The translations under genes and the position numbers were made by a program. The notes under the pieces are model-generated. The model saw nothing but the letters and a program-made list of their open reading frames with translations. It was not told the DNA's origin and searched no databases. 64,000 nucleotides of DNA, taken from a virus. Below are positions 25,598 to 36,283 of this stretch, piece after piece; the first letter of the stretch is position 1; each line of letters starts with the position of its first letter. Location: positions 1 to 64,000 of IMG/VR virus record IMGVR_UViG_3300042566_000478; one strand, 5' to 3'.

Positions 25598-26468
25598 CGT
25601 CTAGTCTCCAACATGTGTTTTTATAAGGACAGTATTTGCAACCATTGCATGTGGGTTCTTCTGCCCACATTGGTCGCATTGGTGGAATGTCTCCGTTCAA
25701 TGCTGACATAAGACGCTTGCAATTGTCAAGCATTGGTTGCACTAATTCTGGGGTAAACCCAACTACAAACTCTTTAACTTCTTGTGTTGGTTTCCATTCG
25801 TACAAGAAAGTCATCTGGTGAATGCCAGTGCAATACATGTACAACAAACCTTGCCTAATGTGGCTTGGGAAAGGCTGGCGCACTTTCTTCCACATACCAT
25901 CAAGTGTTAACTCACCTTTTTGGTATTGCTTATATAAGTCAATCGCTTCAAACCTAAGAGTCCCCATACCAATTGATTTAATCTCAATAAGTGTTCGGCC
26001 CTTCTTGTCATTGACGATACCGTCAGCGTGACCAAGAATGTGGTGCTCTTCATTTCTAATTGGTACTTCACGATAAATAGGTTTAGGAGTGCCACATGAC
26101 GGACATTTCTCTGGGCTTACTGCTTCCCATTTATGGTTACAGATGTCGCTCTTACATTGCCACAGCCCCTCAAGAACACCTGCATTATTTAGCCAGTCCT
26201 GCCACTTGGCATGAATGTAATGTCCCTCAGCAAACACGTTCAGTCGTTGGAACGAGAAGTCTTCTGGGTCTTTAGGATGCTTTTTAATTGTGTACCAATT
26301 AGCCCGTGGACACCAATCTCGTTTTGCTAAGTCACTAGGGTGAATGTGGTCAGTATCTCGTGTTGATTCTCTAACATCACGGTCTTTAAGAATTTGCATA
26401 GCCACAGTTGGAAGAATACGACCATCCATAGTGAGTAACTTTTTGTAACTACTTAGTTCACTCATCAA
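25515..26468 (-). CDS. Cas4-like PD-(D/E)XK exonuclease
   Basis: HPSD..WCPR, GHADG, IEIKS, QGLLYM, CKYCPYKNTC. Confidence 0.85.
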   Translation of the reverse strand: MMSELSSYKKLLTMDGRILPTVAMQILKDRDVRESTRDTDHIHPSDLAKRDWCPRANWYTIKKHPKDPEDFSFQRLNVFAEGHYIHAKWQDWLNNAGVLEGLWQCKSDICNHKWEAVSPEKCPSCGTPKPIYREVPIRNEEHHILGHADGIVNDKKGRTLIEIKSIGMGTLRFEAIDLYKQYQKGELTLDGMWKKVRQPFPSHIRQGLLYMYCTGIHQMTFLYEWKPTQEVKEFVVGFTPELVQPMLDNCKRLMSALNGDIPPMRPMWAEEPTCNGCKYCPYKNTCWRLDDESRDGTVQTKLPVTRKAKRTTPRTSS

Positions 26469-26796
26469 TCATCTCCAGGAAATCGTCTTCAGGAATAACA
26501 ACATACCGTCTTCCACCAATGTCAAACTGCAATACTGGAAGTCTGTTCTCAATGATGGCTCGTTCTCGCAACTCAACAAGGTCAAGAGCCTTGATAGTTA
26601 TTTGTGTTAATCCTGTCGTGAGTTTGTTTTCAATGAGGAAACTTTCCGCACGAACATCATTCTTGCGAAGCCAACCAGCACCAGAGCGAGCATTACGGCT
26701 TCCCTTGTACGAATTAGCGGTTCGCTTCTCTTGTTTAACAGACGCTTTATTAATGTTCCTTCTGTCATCTGCTGGGTCCTTTCCTATAATCCTCAC
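26458..26796 (-). CDS. PD-(D/E)XK nuclease / resolvase-like protein
   Basis: QEKRTA, SGAG..KNDV, LIENK. Confidence 0.7.
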   Translation of the reverse strand: MRIIGKDPADDRRNINKASVKQEKRTANSYKGSRNARSGAGWLRKNDVRAESFLIENKLTTGLTQITIKALDLVELRERAIIENRLPVLQFDIGGRRYVVIPEDDFLEMIDE

Positions 26797-27815
26797 CGTG
26801 CCACACCGTAGTGTGCTTCAACTTTGGCAATTAAATCCTTCTGCATATCAAGGTCTTCACGGAATGCGTCAAGCATCTTGTCTTTACCTTGCCAGCGACC
26901 TTCCCCAAATGAGTAGTACGCACCAGCACGAGTAATGATGTCTACCGCAATACCAATGTTCAACATGTCCTTGAGAGTATCGTAATCACCCTTCGCAAAC
27001 CCTTGTGTTTGGGCAAAATAGAAATCAATGACAGCGCTTTGGTTAGGGCGATATGTCTTGTTCTTGAGTGTACGAGCCTTAATGGTCTGCCCTACTACTT
27101 CATCTTTCTCTTTCAACCACTCGTCACGCTTTACTTCAACACGGCAGAAGTATGCAAAGTTCTTTGCAAGACCACCTGGGGTAGTACGTGGGTCACCCCA
27201 CATAACACCAATCTTTTGTCTCCACTGGTTAATCATCAAGCCAGTGCAGTTGCGTTCCTCCGTAATAAGTGAACGCTTCTGAGCCTCTGATGACTTACGG
27301 AAAAACTTAGATGTAAGACGAGCACCAAGACCTACGGTGAACTCTTCCATCATCTTCTCGGACTCATCATCTGGAACAAGCGCAGGTAGTGAGTCAATAA
27401 CAATCATGTCAACAGCACGGTTAGCCATGACGTTGATAACCAAGTTATACGCCTGTTCCATAATGTTGGTTTCAACAATCCACAAACGGTCTAGGTCAAC
27501 ACCAATTGACTCTGCGTACTCAGGAACAAACTCTTCGGCAGCAATCCACAGACAAATAAAGTCTGGGTTAGTTGCTTGGTTAGTTGCAATGGTTTTAAAC
27601 GCAAGTGCAGTCTTACCAGAAGACTCTTCACCAATGATTTCACTCCATTGGTTTACAGGCCAGCCACCACCAAGCATCAAGTCATATGACAAAATGCCCG
27701 TGGAAATACGGTCTAATTTGCCACGGGTTTCACTACCCTTAACAATTGTTCCTGCACCGTATTGTTTGTTTACTGAATTAATGATTGAAGACAGACTGTC
27801 CCAATTGTTTTCCAC
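26793..27815 (-). CDS. recA: RecA recombinase
   Basis: ISTGILSYDLMLGGG, GEESSGKT, IVIDSLPAL, INQWR.KIGVMWG..TTPGG. Confidence 0.92.
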   Translation of the reverse strand: MENNWDSLSSIINSVNKQYGAGTIVKGSETRGKLDRISTGILSYDLMLGGGWPVNQWSEIIGEESSGKTALAFKTIATNQATNPDFICLWIAAEEFVPEYAESIGVDLDRLWIVETNIMEQAYNLVINVMANRAVDMIVIDSLPALVPDDESEKMMEEFTVGLGARLTSKFFRKSSEAQKRSLITEERNCTGLMINQWRQKIGVMWGDPRTTPGGLAKNFAYFCRVEVKRDEWLKEKDEVVGQTIKARTLKNKTYRPNQSAVIDFYFAQTQGFAKGDYDTLKDMLNIGIAVDIITRAGAYYSFGEGRWQGKDKMLDAFREDLDMQKDLIAKVEAHYGVAR

Positions 27816-27823
27816 TTGTTCTC

Positions 27824-28201
27824 CTATACCCAGTTAGATTGTTCACCTTGGTCGTAAAGTGAGTTCCACCCACATTCAAAACATCTTGGTGCAGGTACTT
27901 TACCACCTGCTGATGCATTTGAGCGACTAAAAACTTTATTACCTCCACAACGTGGACAAGTTTGATTTCCGTCTACACGATGTGCTTCTCCACCCTTCCA
28001 ATTCCTAATAGCACTGCCCATATCTGTTTGACCATTGGGGTCAACCTGCTGTGCCACATTAGTTTGGTGCTGTAACGGTGACTGCATCACACGCTGTTGT
28101 GCTTGCTGTTGTAATGCTGGAAGCACCACACGTTCTGTAGGCAATGACCTACGCTCTTCTTGGGGTGCGTTGCTTAGTTTTCTATCCCACCAACTACTCA
28201 T
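27824..28201 (-). CDS. Zn-ribbon protein
   Basis: CPRCGG...RCFECGW. Confidence 0.75.
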   Translation of the reverse strand: MSSWWDRKLSNAPQEERRSLPTERVVLPALQQQAQQRVMQSPLQHQTNVAQQVDPNGQTDMGSAIRNWKGGEAHRVDGNQTCPRCGGNKVFSRSNASAGGKVPAPRCFECGWNSLYDQGEQSNWV

Positions 28202-28210
28202 TGTTCTTCC

Positions 28211-28561
28211 TTATTCTACAGGTGATATTAACGCAATAACTTGGTTTTCTAACATCTTTTGTACGAGAGCCATACCAAATGCTACTAGTACCCCCTTGGA
28301 GCCTTCAAGCATAGCAGGGGGTGGTAATTCTTCATCATCCATTGTTTTGGACAACACCTCAGTAAACCATTCTACTGACTCTTCAATCTCATCATAGATA
28401 CCAAAGTCATGTAGTAATTCCCATTGGTCGTCAATAAGTTGTTCTTCTAATTCCTGTACTTCTTGAGAAGGTGGAGTCATCCCAACACTTTGAGCAATCT
28501 GTTGTCCACCAGGAAAGGAAAGCATCAGGCAAAAGTTTCTCTTTTCTGCAATATCGTTCAT
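28211..28561 (-). CDS. hypothetical protein
   Basis: start MNDIAE overlaps polymerase stop (ATGA). Confidence 0.7.
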   Translation of the reverse strand: MNDIAEKRNFCLMLSFPGGQQIAQSVGMTPPSQEVQELEEQLIDDQWELLHDFGIYDEIEESVEWFTEVLSKTMDDEELPPPAMLEGSKGVLVAFGMALVQKMLENQVIALISPVE

Positions 28562-30609
28562 TTTCCTTTTGCCTCCGACCAGTTCGTTGCTGCATGACAA
28601 GACACCTTAAGTGTGACTCCCATAATACTCCTATCGTGGCCCATAGCAGTAACTAGGGTGGACATTGCAGAGTTTTCATCTTCTTCTGGGGCAACTGCAA
28701 CAAGTTCGTCATGTACTTGTACCAGCATCTTGGCATTAGTTCCTACAAAGGCTTTGTTTACGTCAATCATGGCTTGCTTACAAATATCTGCGGCACTTCC
28801 CTGAATGATGGCGTTAATAGCCTGCCGTTGTGCTCGTGACTGTGTGAACGAGTCTTTGGACAAAAGGTCTGGAAGTCTGCGCCTACGACCAGTCAAGGTA
28901 GTTACATACCCAACTCGTGCGGCTTTGGTAATAGCAAGTTGCTTCCAACGTGTCAGTTCTGCAAAACTCTTATAGTAATTATTCAAAATTTCCATAGCAT
29001 GCTCATCGTCAATGCCTGTAGTACGGGCAAGTTTTGCATAACCACCACCGTATGCGGTAAGAAAGTTTACTCCCTTACCAATCTGTCGTTCTTCTGATGA
29101 CACTTCGCCTACGGGTTTCTTAAATACAGCAGCCGCAGTTGCGGCGTGAATGTCCTCGTTGTTTCTAAAAATGCGAAGCAACTGCTGGTCTTGGCTAAAC
29201 ATAGCCATTACTCGGAGTTCAATCTGGTCATAGTCAGCCACAAGCATTGTGTACCCATCTGGTGGAACAAACAAACTACGAATAGTTGAATCTCGTGGGA
29301 TGTTCTGCAAGTTCGGGTTAGACGAAGACAAACGACCAGTTGCGGCTCGGTGCAAGTTAAAAGACGGATGTAACTTACCGTTGTTCAACTTAGGCAAAAG
29401 ACCATCAACATATGTTGACTTCATCTTTTGGATTTCCGCATAGTTCAACAACAGTGGGATTAGTGGATGCTTATCTTTTAACTTCTCCAAAGCCTCGTTG
29501 TCTACAGACGGAGCACCCTTGTTAGTTTTCTTAGTTGGTTTAAGACCAAGCCCACCTGCTCGTTTACCCGTAAACAAATAGGTTTGTTTGTCCTTGTTAG
29601 AGTCTGGGTTAAACCCAGCATAAGAGTTGTCCACAATGTCTAAGAGACACTCTCTAATCTTGTTGTCTAACTCTTTGCGAAGCAGTTTAAGTGAGGCTGT
29701 GTTTACTGTAATGCCCTCATCTTCCATCAGCATGAGTACACGAAGCACTTCCATATCCTGTTTAATTGCAGGCTGGAGTTCTTCATGCATATTAAGTTTT
29801 GCTCGTAACTTTGAGTACAGCATCCATGTCCAACGAGCATCTAAGTGAACGTACTTAGCCGCAGAACTAAAGGGTACTGTGTTAATGACAGCACCAAGTT
29901 TTCCTTCTTTGGCGTAAGCGTCATGCCCACCAAAGTTTTGAGCAATTAAGTTGGTTAACGAAAATGATTGAGAGTTCTCATCTTCCAGATGTTGGAGAAT
30001 CATTGTGTCAACATATGGGCCTGGAGGTAACTCTCCGTAATACTTCTTTATAGAACGAGCGTCAAACTTTACGTTGTGTCCTACCTTTGTAAGTTCACTA
30101 AAGAATATAGGGCGAAGCGCTTCAAACACTTCGTATTTAGATAACTGTTGTGGTGGTTCTGAGTACACGCCAGGAATCACATACTTGGCTTTAGCCATTG
30201 ACTCCTTACCGCTTACAGTTACCTTGCGATATCCAGGTGGTGGAATGGTTGTACCATCACCACGCTCTTCTGGAACAATAATCTCGCCAAGAAGGTGACC
30301 CATTGGAATAGCCCATGAGCGACCATACGTAGCAATCCCAATCCAAAAGACTTCGTTGCGTAACGGGTCTAATGCCAAATCTTTGAGGTAACGCTGGCGA
30401 ATTGCTTCTGTTGATGAAGCGACAATAGAGTCCGTAGGGTTCTTGAGTGTTGCGATGTGGTCTTTGCACTCTTTTGTAAAAAGTGCATTGATATCATCAT
30501 GGCGCTCAATCACCCCACGGGACTCAATGTCAAAGGCGAACTCCCCTGCCTTTGTAACTACCTCAACAAGTTCATGCAACTCTTCAACGGTGTGTACCGT
30601 TTGTTGCAT
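28558..30609 (-). CDS. polA: family A DNA polymerase with 3'-5' exonuclease
   Basis: FDIES, GHNVKFD, ATGRLSSSNPNLQN, ADYDQIELR, KGVNF..AYG, QVHDE. Confidence 0.95.
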   Translation of the reverse strand: MQQTVHTVEELHELVEVVTKAGEFAFDIESRGVIERHDDINALFTKECKDHIATLKNPTDSIVASSTEAIRQRYLKDLALDPLRNEVFWIGIATYGRSWAIPMGHLLGEIIVPEERGDGTTIPPPGYRKVTVSGKESMAKAKYVIPGVYSEPPQQLSKYEVFEALRPIFFSELTKVGHNVKFDARSIKKYYGELPPGPYVDTMILQHLEDENSQSFSLTNLIAQNFGGHDAYAKEGKLGAVINTVPFSSAAKYVHLDARWTWMLYSKLRAKLNMHEELQPAIKQDMEVLRVLMLMEDEGITVNTASLKLLRKELDNKIRECLLDIVDNSYAGFNPDSNKDKQTYLFTGKRAGGLGLKPTKKTNKGAPSVDNEALEKLKDKHPLIPLLLNYAEIQKMKSTYVDGLLPKLNNGKLHPSFNLHRAATGRLSSSNPNLQNIPRDSTIRSLFVPPDGYTMLVADYDQIELRVMAMFSQDQQLLRIFRNNEDIHAATAAAVFKKPVGEVSSEERQIGKGVNFLTAYGGGYAKLARTTGIDDEHAMEILNNYYKSFAELTRWKQLAITKAARVGYVTTLTGRRRRLPDLLSKDSFTQSRAQRQAINAIIQGSAADICKQAMIDVNKAFVGTNAKMLVQVHDELVAVAPEEDENSAMSTLVTAMGHDRSIMGVTLKVSCHAATNWSEAKGK

Positions 30610-30614
30610 GAATC

Positions 30615-31283
30615 CTACTGAGCGTCAAGAATGTCTGTTGCTACTTCCAACAGTTCTGTGCGAGTAGGAATCTTGATAATGCTTGGGTCGTAAGCATTAT
30701 TCTTCAACACCTTCATAGTGTCTTCGTCAAATGCTTTGAGGTTCCACTCTTCAAGGTCACGCTCACGCACCATCTGCAAAATGGTTTGTGTCTGTGCTCC
30801 CTTACCAGTCTTGGATACTGCCCAGTAGTTCTTGGACAAAGGTCCTTGGCGTGGGTCAAGGTGGAAGTTCTTAAGTTGGTCAATCAAACGAACGCCAACT
30901 TCAAACGACTTAACAATTGCTTCTTCTTCGTTGCTGAGTACAGCAATGTTGAATGCAAACTTGGTGCTTGGGCGATTGCCTGCATCACAAAGTGGGCAAC
31001 CGTTTGGGTCATCGTGCAGACAAACAAATGACTTCTGGCCTTGGCGACCATCAATCCAGTGTGTGCGGAACGATGCATACGGCTCGTCTTCCAAGAACTT
31101 AATGACTTGTGTGTCTTCAGTTACCTTAAATCGTTGTGCGTATGGAGATGCTGCTTCTTGTACACGGTCTGCTGCACCCCAACCACGCTTAATGGTTTTA
31201 GATGCAGTAGGTGCGCTAACAGCCTCTGTTTTCTTCGGTGTGATTTCTTGCTCGTCATCTTCGTAATCGTCATAATTTGACAT
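30615..31283 (-). CDS. single-stranded DNA-binding protein (T4 gp32-like)
   Basis: IKFL, HW, SFVCL..CPLC; adjacent to polymerase. Confidence 0.7.
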   Translation of the reverse strand: MSNYDDYEDDEQEITPKKTEAVSAPTASKTIKRGWGAADRVQEAASPYAQRFKVTEDTQVIKFLEDEPYASFRTHWIDGRQGQKSFVCLHDDPNGCPLCDAGNRPSTKFAFNIAVLSNEEEAIVKSFEVGVRLIDQLKNFHLDPRQGPLSKNYWAVSKTGKGAQTQTILQMVRERDLEEWNLKAFDEDTMKVLKNNAYDPSIIKIPTRTELLEVATDILDAQ

Positions 31284-31305
31284 GATGTACCTTGCTCTTT
31301 CAGTG

Positions 31306-31746
31306 TTAATTTGACCAGTGTTCTTTTATGTGTTTTTTAAAGCCTACCCAATCTGCACCTTTTCCTCGTGGATTGTTGAGTCCAAAGTGTTCAACTGAGT
31401 AGAGCAATAACTCTACCTGCTTCTTGCTGTATAACCTACGCCCTTTCAAAGGTTTTCCAGGAATTTGTTCCCCATCTGGGGTAGCGGTTCTAAATGAAGG
31501 AGTAGGTATAAACCCACGTTCTTCCCACTTCCTGATGGTTCCTGGTTTCCTATCTAGGGCTTTAGCCACCTCACCTACGGTGTAGAAGGCTGTCTTCTCT
31601 CCACGAACCGTGTAATAGGTTGCGTGAAGAAAAACAAATGGGTCATCGTTAACTGCTGGTTTACTGCCTGCCCTGTTTTTGGGCGGCTTCTTACCAGGGT
31701 AGTTAGGCAAGTCCCCAAGGAAATCGTCTATGCCTTTAATGCCCAA
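31306..31746 (-). CDS. MerR-type HTH DNA-binding protein
   Basis: YTVGEVAKALDRKPGTIRKWEERGFIP...RRLYS. Confidence 0.8.
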   Translation of the reverse strand: MGIKGIDDFLGDLPNYPGKKPPKNRAGSKPAVNDDPFVFLHATYYTVRGEKTAFYTVGEVAKALDRKPGTIRKWEERGFIPTPSFRTATPDGEQIPGKPLKGRRLYSKKQVELLLYSVEHFGLNNPRGKGADWVGFKKHIKEHWSN

Positions 31747-32147
31747 GTTTCTTTCTCAACATAAAAGGTTTTAACTTTTTCTTGAATGTCTTCGTCATTC
31801 CAAGCAAGACCAAGCAACTTGTCCTCACTAAGAACTTCAATCACTTCTTTAACTGTATCCCAGTGACCATTCTCTTTAGCCCATGCTTCAGCAGCACTGG
31901 TATTGAATGACTTGGAGATACGGCGTTCACGCTTAAGTTCTACATCACCAAGGTCAATCCAGATGTTTCCTTTTTCGTCTGGCTTACCATGTGCGACCAA
32001 CATGTCTGTCAATTGTGCCTTAAGAGCGTCTGTTCGTTTTTGGGTTTGGTCAAGTAGCGACTTGTGGTTTTTATAGTCTTCAACTACTCGCCGTGCATGC
32101 GCTTCATCAAATTCTGATGCTGGTGTTTCTCGTACAATCTTTGCCAT
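31728..32147 (-). CDS. hypothetical protein
   Basis: ORF track; coiled-coil N-terminus. Confidence 0.75.
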   Translation of the reverse strand: MAKIVRETPASEFDEAHARRVVEDYKNHKSLLDQTQKRTDALKAQLTDMLVAHGKPDEKGNIWIDLGDVELKRERRISKSFNTSAAEAWAKENGHWDTVKEVIEVLSEDKLLGLAWNDEDIQEKVKTFYVEKETWALKA

Positions 32148-32148
32148 G

Positions 32149-33693
32149 TTATACCTCGCTGTTTGTTAAGAACGAAGACAGTGCGCCTAAGTTCAGTTGA
32201 AAGTTTCCCTTACTGTCGTACCCACCGTCAACAAAGGCTTTATTGATGTTTCTCTTCTCTTGCAACATTTCGTATTGTCTTTCCTCAATACTGCCCTTCA
32301 TAACGAATGACACGATATTAACGTGTGGAAACTCAGATGACAACCTGATAATTCTGGCTTCTCTTTGGTCCAATTTTCCAGCACTCCAAGGAAGGTCATA
32401 GGAAATCAAGTAGTTAGCCACGGGTAAGTCTACGCCGTAACCACCAGCATCAGATGACAAGAACAGCCTTGTGTTCTGGTCTGTAGCAAATTGTTGCTTG
32501 GCTTTATCTCTAGATAAAGTATCCATTCCACCCATAAACAATACGCTGTTAGTAAGGTGTTTAGTTGCTTCTTGAATAAGTTTAAGATTGTTCTTAAAAA
32601 ATGAAAACAATACAATTTTGTTTTTAGGGTCTTCATTAAGAACATCTTCAATGTACTGAAGTACAGCATCTAACTTAGGAGTGTTGTACTTACCTGAAAG
32701 CATTCCACGAGAAATAATGTCTGCGGAATAGCGACTTCCTCCAGCAGTCTTATCATCCATAAACAAACAAGCAGATATATGTACTAATTGTGGGTTATCG
32801 CAGAACATGCGAAGAGTTGTAAGTTTGGACATAATGTCACCTTGTGCATCACCTGCACCAGCATTACCGTAGTAGTTAGCCCACAAATCAAAACTACGAC
32901 CATGTTGTGTAACTGCTTTCTGAATTGCTTGTAACAACTCTTCAGCAATTACCTTGTATGTTGCTGCACCTGCTGAATCAAATGGAACAGGAATGAAGTG
33001 GTTAATAACCTGGGGTAACTGGTCTTGAATGTCCTCACGGGTTTTACGAACCATTACATCTTTCATGCTCTCATGTAATGATTTGAGGTTTCGGTATCTG
33101 CTTGGCTTGCCAAAGTGGTCACGGACAATAAAGGTTCGGTCAAACACTTCGTACTTACCCAATACTGCTGGGTCAACAAACTCCATAATTGAAAACAACT
33201 CTTCTGGTCTGTTCTCAATTGGTTGACCCGTAAGTGCAAATCTGTAATGGTACTTTTTACCTATGCGCTTGATTAACCTTGAGCGCTTGGTTCTTGGTGT
33301 TTTAATCATTGTTGCTTCGTCAACCACAATGGCATCAAACTTATGTTTTTCAAAATCTGCAAGGTCGTTAGCCAGTGACTCTGGGTTTACAATTACATAT
33401 TGAGAACTCAATGCTGTACGCCACAGTTTCTTGCGAGCAGCAACAGTCCCATCAATCACAATAGAAGATGAATCAGTAAACTTTTTAATTTCACGGTCCC
33501 ATTGATATTTAAGAGATGACGGAACAACAACAAGAACTTTGGTCACTTCTTTGGATGCCAACAATGTTTCTAGTGCGGAGATGGTGGTTACTGTTTTACC
33601 AGCACCCATCACAAGAGCAAGAAGCATTTGACCACGGTCAATCATCAACTCGGTGGCCTCTTCTTGAAACGGATACAACTTACCCTTAAACAC
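32149..33693 (-). CDS. SNF2-family helicase
   Basis: LYPFQ, MGAGKT, VDEAT, LTGQPIENRP, GGYGVDL, QREARIIR. Confidence 0.9.
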   Translation of the reverse strand: MFKGKLYPFQEEATELMIDRGQMLLALVMGAGKTVTTISALETLLASKEVTKVLVVVPSSLKYQWDREIKKFTDSSSIVIDGTVAARKKLWRTALSSQYVIVNPESLANDLADFEKHKFDAIVVDEATMIKTPRTKRSRLIKRIGKKYHYRFALTGQPIENRPEELFSIMEFVDPAVLGKYEVFDRTFIVRDHFGKPSRYRNLKSLHESMKDVMVRKTREDIQDQLPQVINHFIPVPFDSAGAATYKVIAEELLQAIQKAVTQHGRSFDLWANYYGNAGAGDAQGDIMSKLTTLRMFCDNPQLVHISACLFMDDKTAGGSRYSADIISRGMLSGKYNTPKLDAVLQYIEDVLNEDPKNKIVLFSFFKNNLKLIQEATKHLTNSVLFMGGMDTLSRDKAKQQFATDQNTRLFLSSDAGGYGVDLPVANYLISYDLPWSAGKLDQREARIIRLSSEFPHVNIVSFVMKGSIEERQYEMLQEKRNINKAFVDGGYDSKGNFQLNLGALSSFLTNSEV

Positions 33694-34612
33694 TTAACCA
33701 CCAGGGAAATACTGAGGCGTTTTTAAGTGCTGTGATAATTTCGTCTTGAGTCATGTCACCGATGTCTTTTGCGTTCGTGTGTGCGTAGTGTATATATTTT
33801 ATACCATTCCTGAAGGATGGTAGTTGCTTTTTAAGCCTTTTTGCGGAGTCAATACCTGCATCGTCATTGTCCATTGCAATGATAAGAGTGTCCACATGGT
33901 CTGAAAGAATCCTAATCTGTTCTTTACTAACCGCAGCACCAAAGGTAGCCAAACCACGAACACCGTTAGCAACTGTGTGAATACGAGCAACGTCTAACGG
34001 GGACTCAACAAGAACCGCAGTCTTCTTGTCCAGTTTGTCAATACCGAACAATGTCGCAGATTTCTTTACACCAATTGGATAGTTGCGAACCTTTGATGGT
34101 TCTTTCTCTTGCCAGCCAAGCAACTCTCCCATTGGAGAAACAATCGGCAAAATCCAAGCCTGCTTCTTTTCGTCAAACCTGATGCCATACTTTCGTGCAG
34201 ACTCTCGGTCAATGCCACGAGTCCATAACCAATCGTCAGATGGTGCAGAGAATGCACTAAACATCTTCCAATCAACTTCTGGCTTTACTACCTCAACTGG
34301 TTCTGCTGTGAGTCTCTCTAACCCAGTCTCAATGAGAAAAGAATGTACTGCAATAATGCTGTCAGGTTCACCTGTCAATTCAGAAACAAGCGTGGACAAA
34401 GTTCCTTTAGCACCGCATGAGTAACAAATCCACAAACCGCTACGTGCGTTCATGGACCATGATGGTGAGTTGTCTGCTTTACCTGTGGTCTTTTCATGCA
34501 CAGGGCAACACGCAGAAATCTCTTTCTCACCTACACGCTTTACCTTGACACCTAAACGTGACAAGACATCAGCAATGTCAGTAATACCAGTTGTCCCTGT
34601 CGCTGTCATCAT
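33686..34612 (-). CDS. DNA primase (CHC2 zinc finger + TOPRIM)
   Basis: CPVHE...CYSCG, LVESPLD, MDNDDAG, KDIGDM. Confidence 0.9.
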   Translation of the reverse strand: MMTATGTTGITDIADVLSRLGVKVKRVGEKEISACCPVHEKTTGKADNSPSWSMNARSGLWICYSCGAKGTLSTLVSELTGEPDSIIAVHSFLIETGLERLTAEPVEVVKPEVDWKMFSAFSAPSDDWLWTRGIDRESARKYGIRFDEKKQAWILPIVSPMGELLGWQEKEPSKVRNYPIGVKKSATLFGIDKLDKKTAVLVESPLDVARIHTVANGVRGLATFGAAVSKEQIRILSDHVDTLIIAMDNDDAGIDSAKRLKKQLPSFRNGIKYIHYAHTNAKDIGDMTQDEIITALKNASVFPWWLSV

Positions 34613-35843
34613 TCTCTCCCTCTTCTCCTACTTCTGTAAAGTCCATGTTGTTCCAGTCCCAGTTAATTCGGATTTCTCCAGATGGGGCAGAACGAGCAAT
34701 AACTACACGAATGATTCCTTGGTTCTCAATGTCTGGGTCAGACTCAACAGCAAGTACCAAGTCAGAGTCTTGAGCAAACGATGAGGTGTAACCGATTGAG
34801 TCAACAGTTACTCTGCGTGACTTCTTGTTACCTAACTTCCACGAAAGAACCTGTGTAGTACCAACAATTGGAATGTCAGCATTTTGAGCAAGTCGCTTTA
34901 ACGAACGAGTGATGTTAGTCAAGGCTTGTGGCGAACCTTTTGGTTCTCCCTGCTCGTCATCCATGAGGTACACACCGTCAACAAACAAAATGTCTGGTTT
35001 GTATTCCTGAACTTTTGCCGCTAGTGAACTTACTGTAGTAAGTGACGAGGTGTCTTCAGTAATGATAAATGGGTGCATGTTCTTGCGTAGTCGCAATGAC
35101 TCACGCACTTTTTCAAACTCCTGGTCAGAAAGACTTGCTCTCAAGATATTGCTGTATGGAACTTTGGCAACAATCGCATCGTAACGTGCGGCTTGTTCTT
35201 CAGCCGACATTTCAAATGAAACAAACAGTGGTCGCTTACCGTGAATGTGGGCAGCGTTAGCCATCATCAAGGTCATCAATGATTTACCCTTCTTTGCTTC
35301 ACCAACGAATGTAATTAACTGTTGAGGGCGAAGACCTGAAGTAATGCGGTCAAGTCCGTTAATCCCAGTGGGGATACCACGCAGAGAGTTTGGCATCTTG
35401 CGAAGTTCGTCATACTTTTCTAATCGTGCTTCCCAAGTCTCAATAAGGTTTACATCTCGTAGGCGAGCAACATCTGCTCCAGCCTTTTGAACGCCTGCGG
35501 CAAGCAACTTAAATGCTTCACTTGTATCACCAGCGTTAAGTGCAGGCATCGCTGCTGACATGGCTTCAACAAGGTTGCGTTGTCGGTAGCCAGCGTAGAG
35601 TTCATCAACCAATGCAGTGAATGGTTCTTGTTTGGCATCAACTACTTTTACTTCACCAAACTCCAAACTGAGCGCACGTTCAGTTGGAACTGAACCATGA
35701 TTACGCCAGTAGGTAATTACCCATGACCAAATCTGGCCCCACTCTTTAGTGAAGTGGTCGGCTTTTACACCGTGCTTTAATGGGTATGAAACGTCTTGCT
35801 CATTGATTACTTTGCTGATTAAGAGTTGTTCTGCACTAGCCAT
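34578..35843 (-). CDS. dnaB: replicative DnaB-like helicase
   Basis: GIPTG, GEAKKGKS, SFEMS, FVDG, LKRLA, QDSD. Confidence 0.9.
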   Translation of the reverse strand: MASAEQLLISKVINEQDVSYPLKHGVKADHFTKEWGQIWSWVITYWRNHGSVPTERALSLEFGEVKVVDAKQEPFTALVDELYAGYRQRNLVEAMSAAMPALNAGDTSEAFKLLAAGVQKAGADVARLRDVNLIETWEARLEKYDELRKMPNSLRGIPTGINGLDRITSGLRPQQLITFVGEAKKGKSLMTLMMANAAHIHGKRPLFVSFEMSAEEQAARYDAIVAKVPYSNILRASLSDQEFEKVRESLRLRKNMHPFIITEDTSSLTTVSSLAAKVQEYKPDILFVDGVYLMDDEQGEPKGSPQALTNITRSLKRLAQNADIPIVGTTQVLSWKLGNKKSRRVTVDSIGYTSSFAQDSDLVLAVESDPDIENQGIIRVVIARSAPSGEIRINWDWNNMDFTEVGEEGENDDSDRDNWYY

Positions 35844-36283
35844 CAGTTATTCCACGCAGTCTTTGATGAGACTACGGTTGCCCTGAGTCCAATTAATTTG
35901 TAATGCTCTTGGTCTGCAACATAAATCTGAGTGATACCACGATTGATGCTGAGGTCATAAGCAAGTTCTTTGATGTCTTGATATGCAACCACGTTTGTTG
36001 AAATCCCCTTTTTGAGTAACCACCTGTCTATCGCATCAGCGACTTGAGGTGGAAGCAGTGTATAAACCTCTGTACCTATTCCCAACCTGTTTACTGCGTC
36101 ACTCAAAGATTTTATGGGAAGAGTATTTGGTTCCCACAGACGGAGGTACGAATCCCATTTCTCATTGCGTAAATAATAAGATGCCTTAACTTTTGCCAAG
36201 CCTTCTGGAGGATTAGCAAGCACACCCTCAAACATGGTTGCTTGAGAACGAGCAGTAAACGAAGACAGGTCATTACCTTGCAT
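35843..36283 (-). CDS. hypothetical protein (possible degenerate HAD fold)
   Basis: start MQGNDL; FEGVL motif. Confidence 0.6.
   Translation of the reverse strand: MQGNDLSSFTARSQATMFEGVLANPPEGLAKVKASYYLRNEKWDSYLRLWEPNTLPIKSLSDAVNRLGIGTEVYTLLPPQVADAIDRWLLKKGISTNVVAYQDIKELAYDLSINRGITQIYVADQEHYKLIGLRATVVSSKTAWNN

Noticed and set aside
26793-35843. Inteins or introns in RecA, PolA, DnaB or the helicases
   Set aside because: Lengths are normal and no splice-junction or homing endonuclease motifs were seen.
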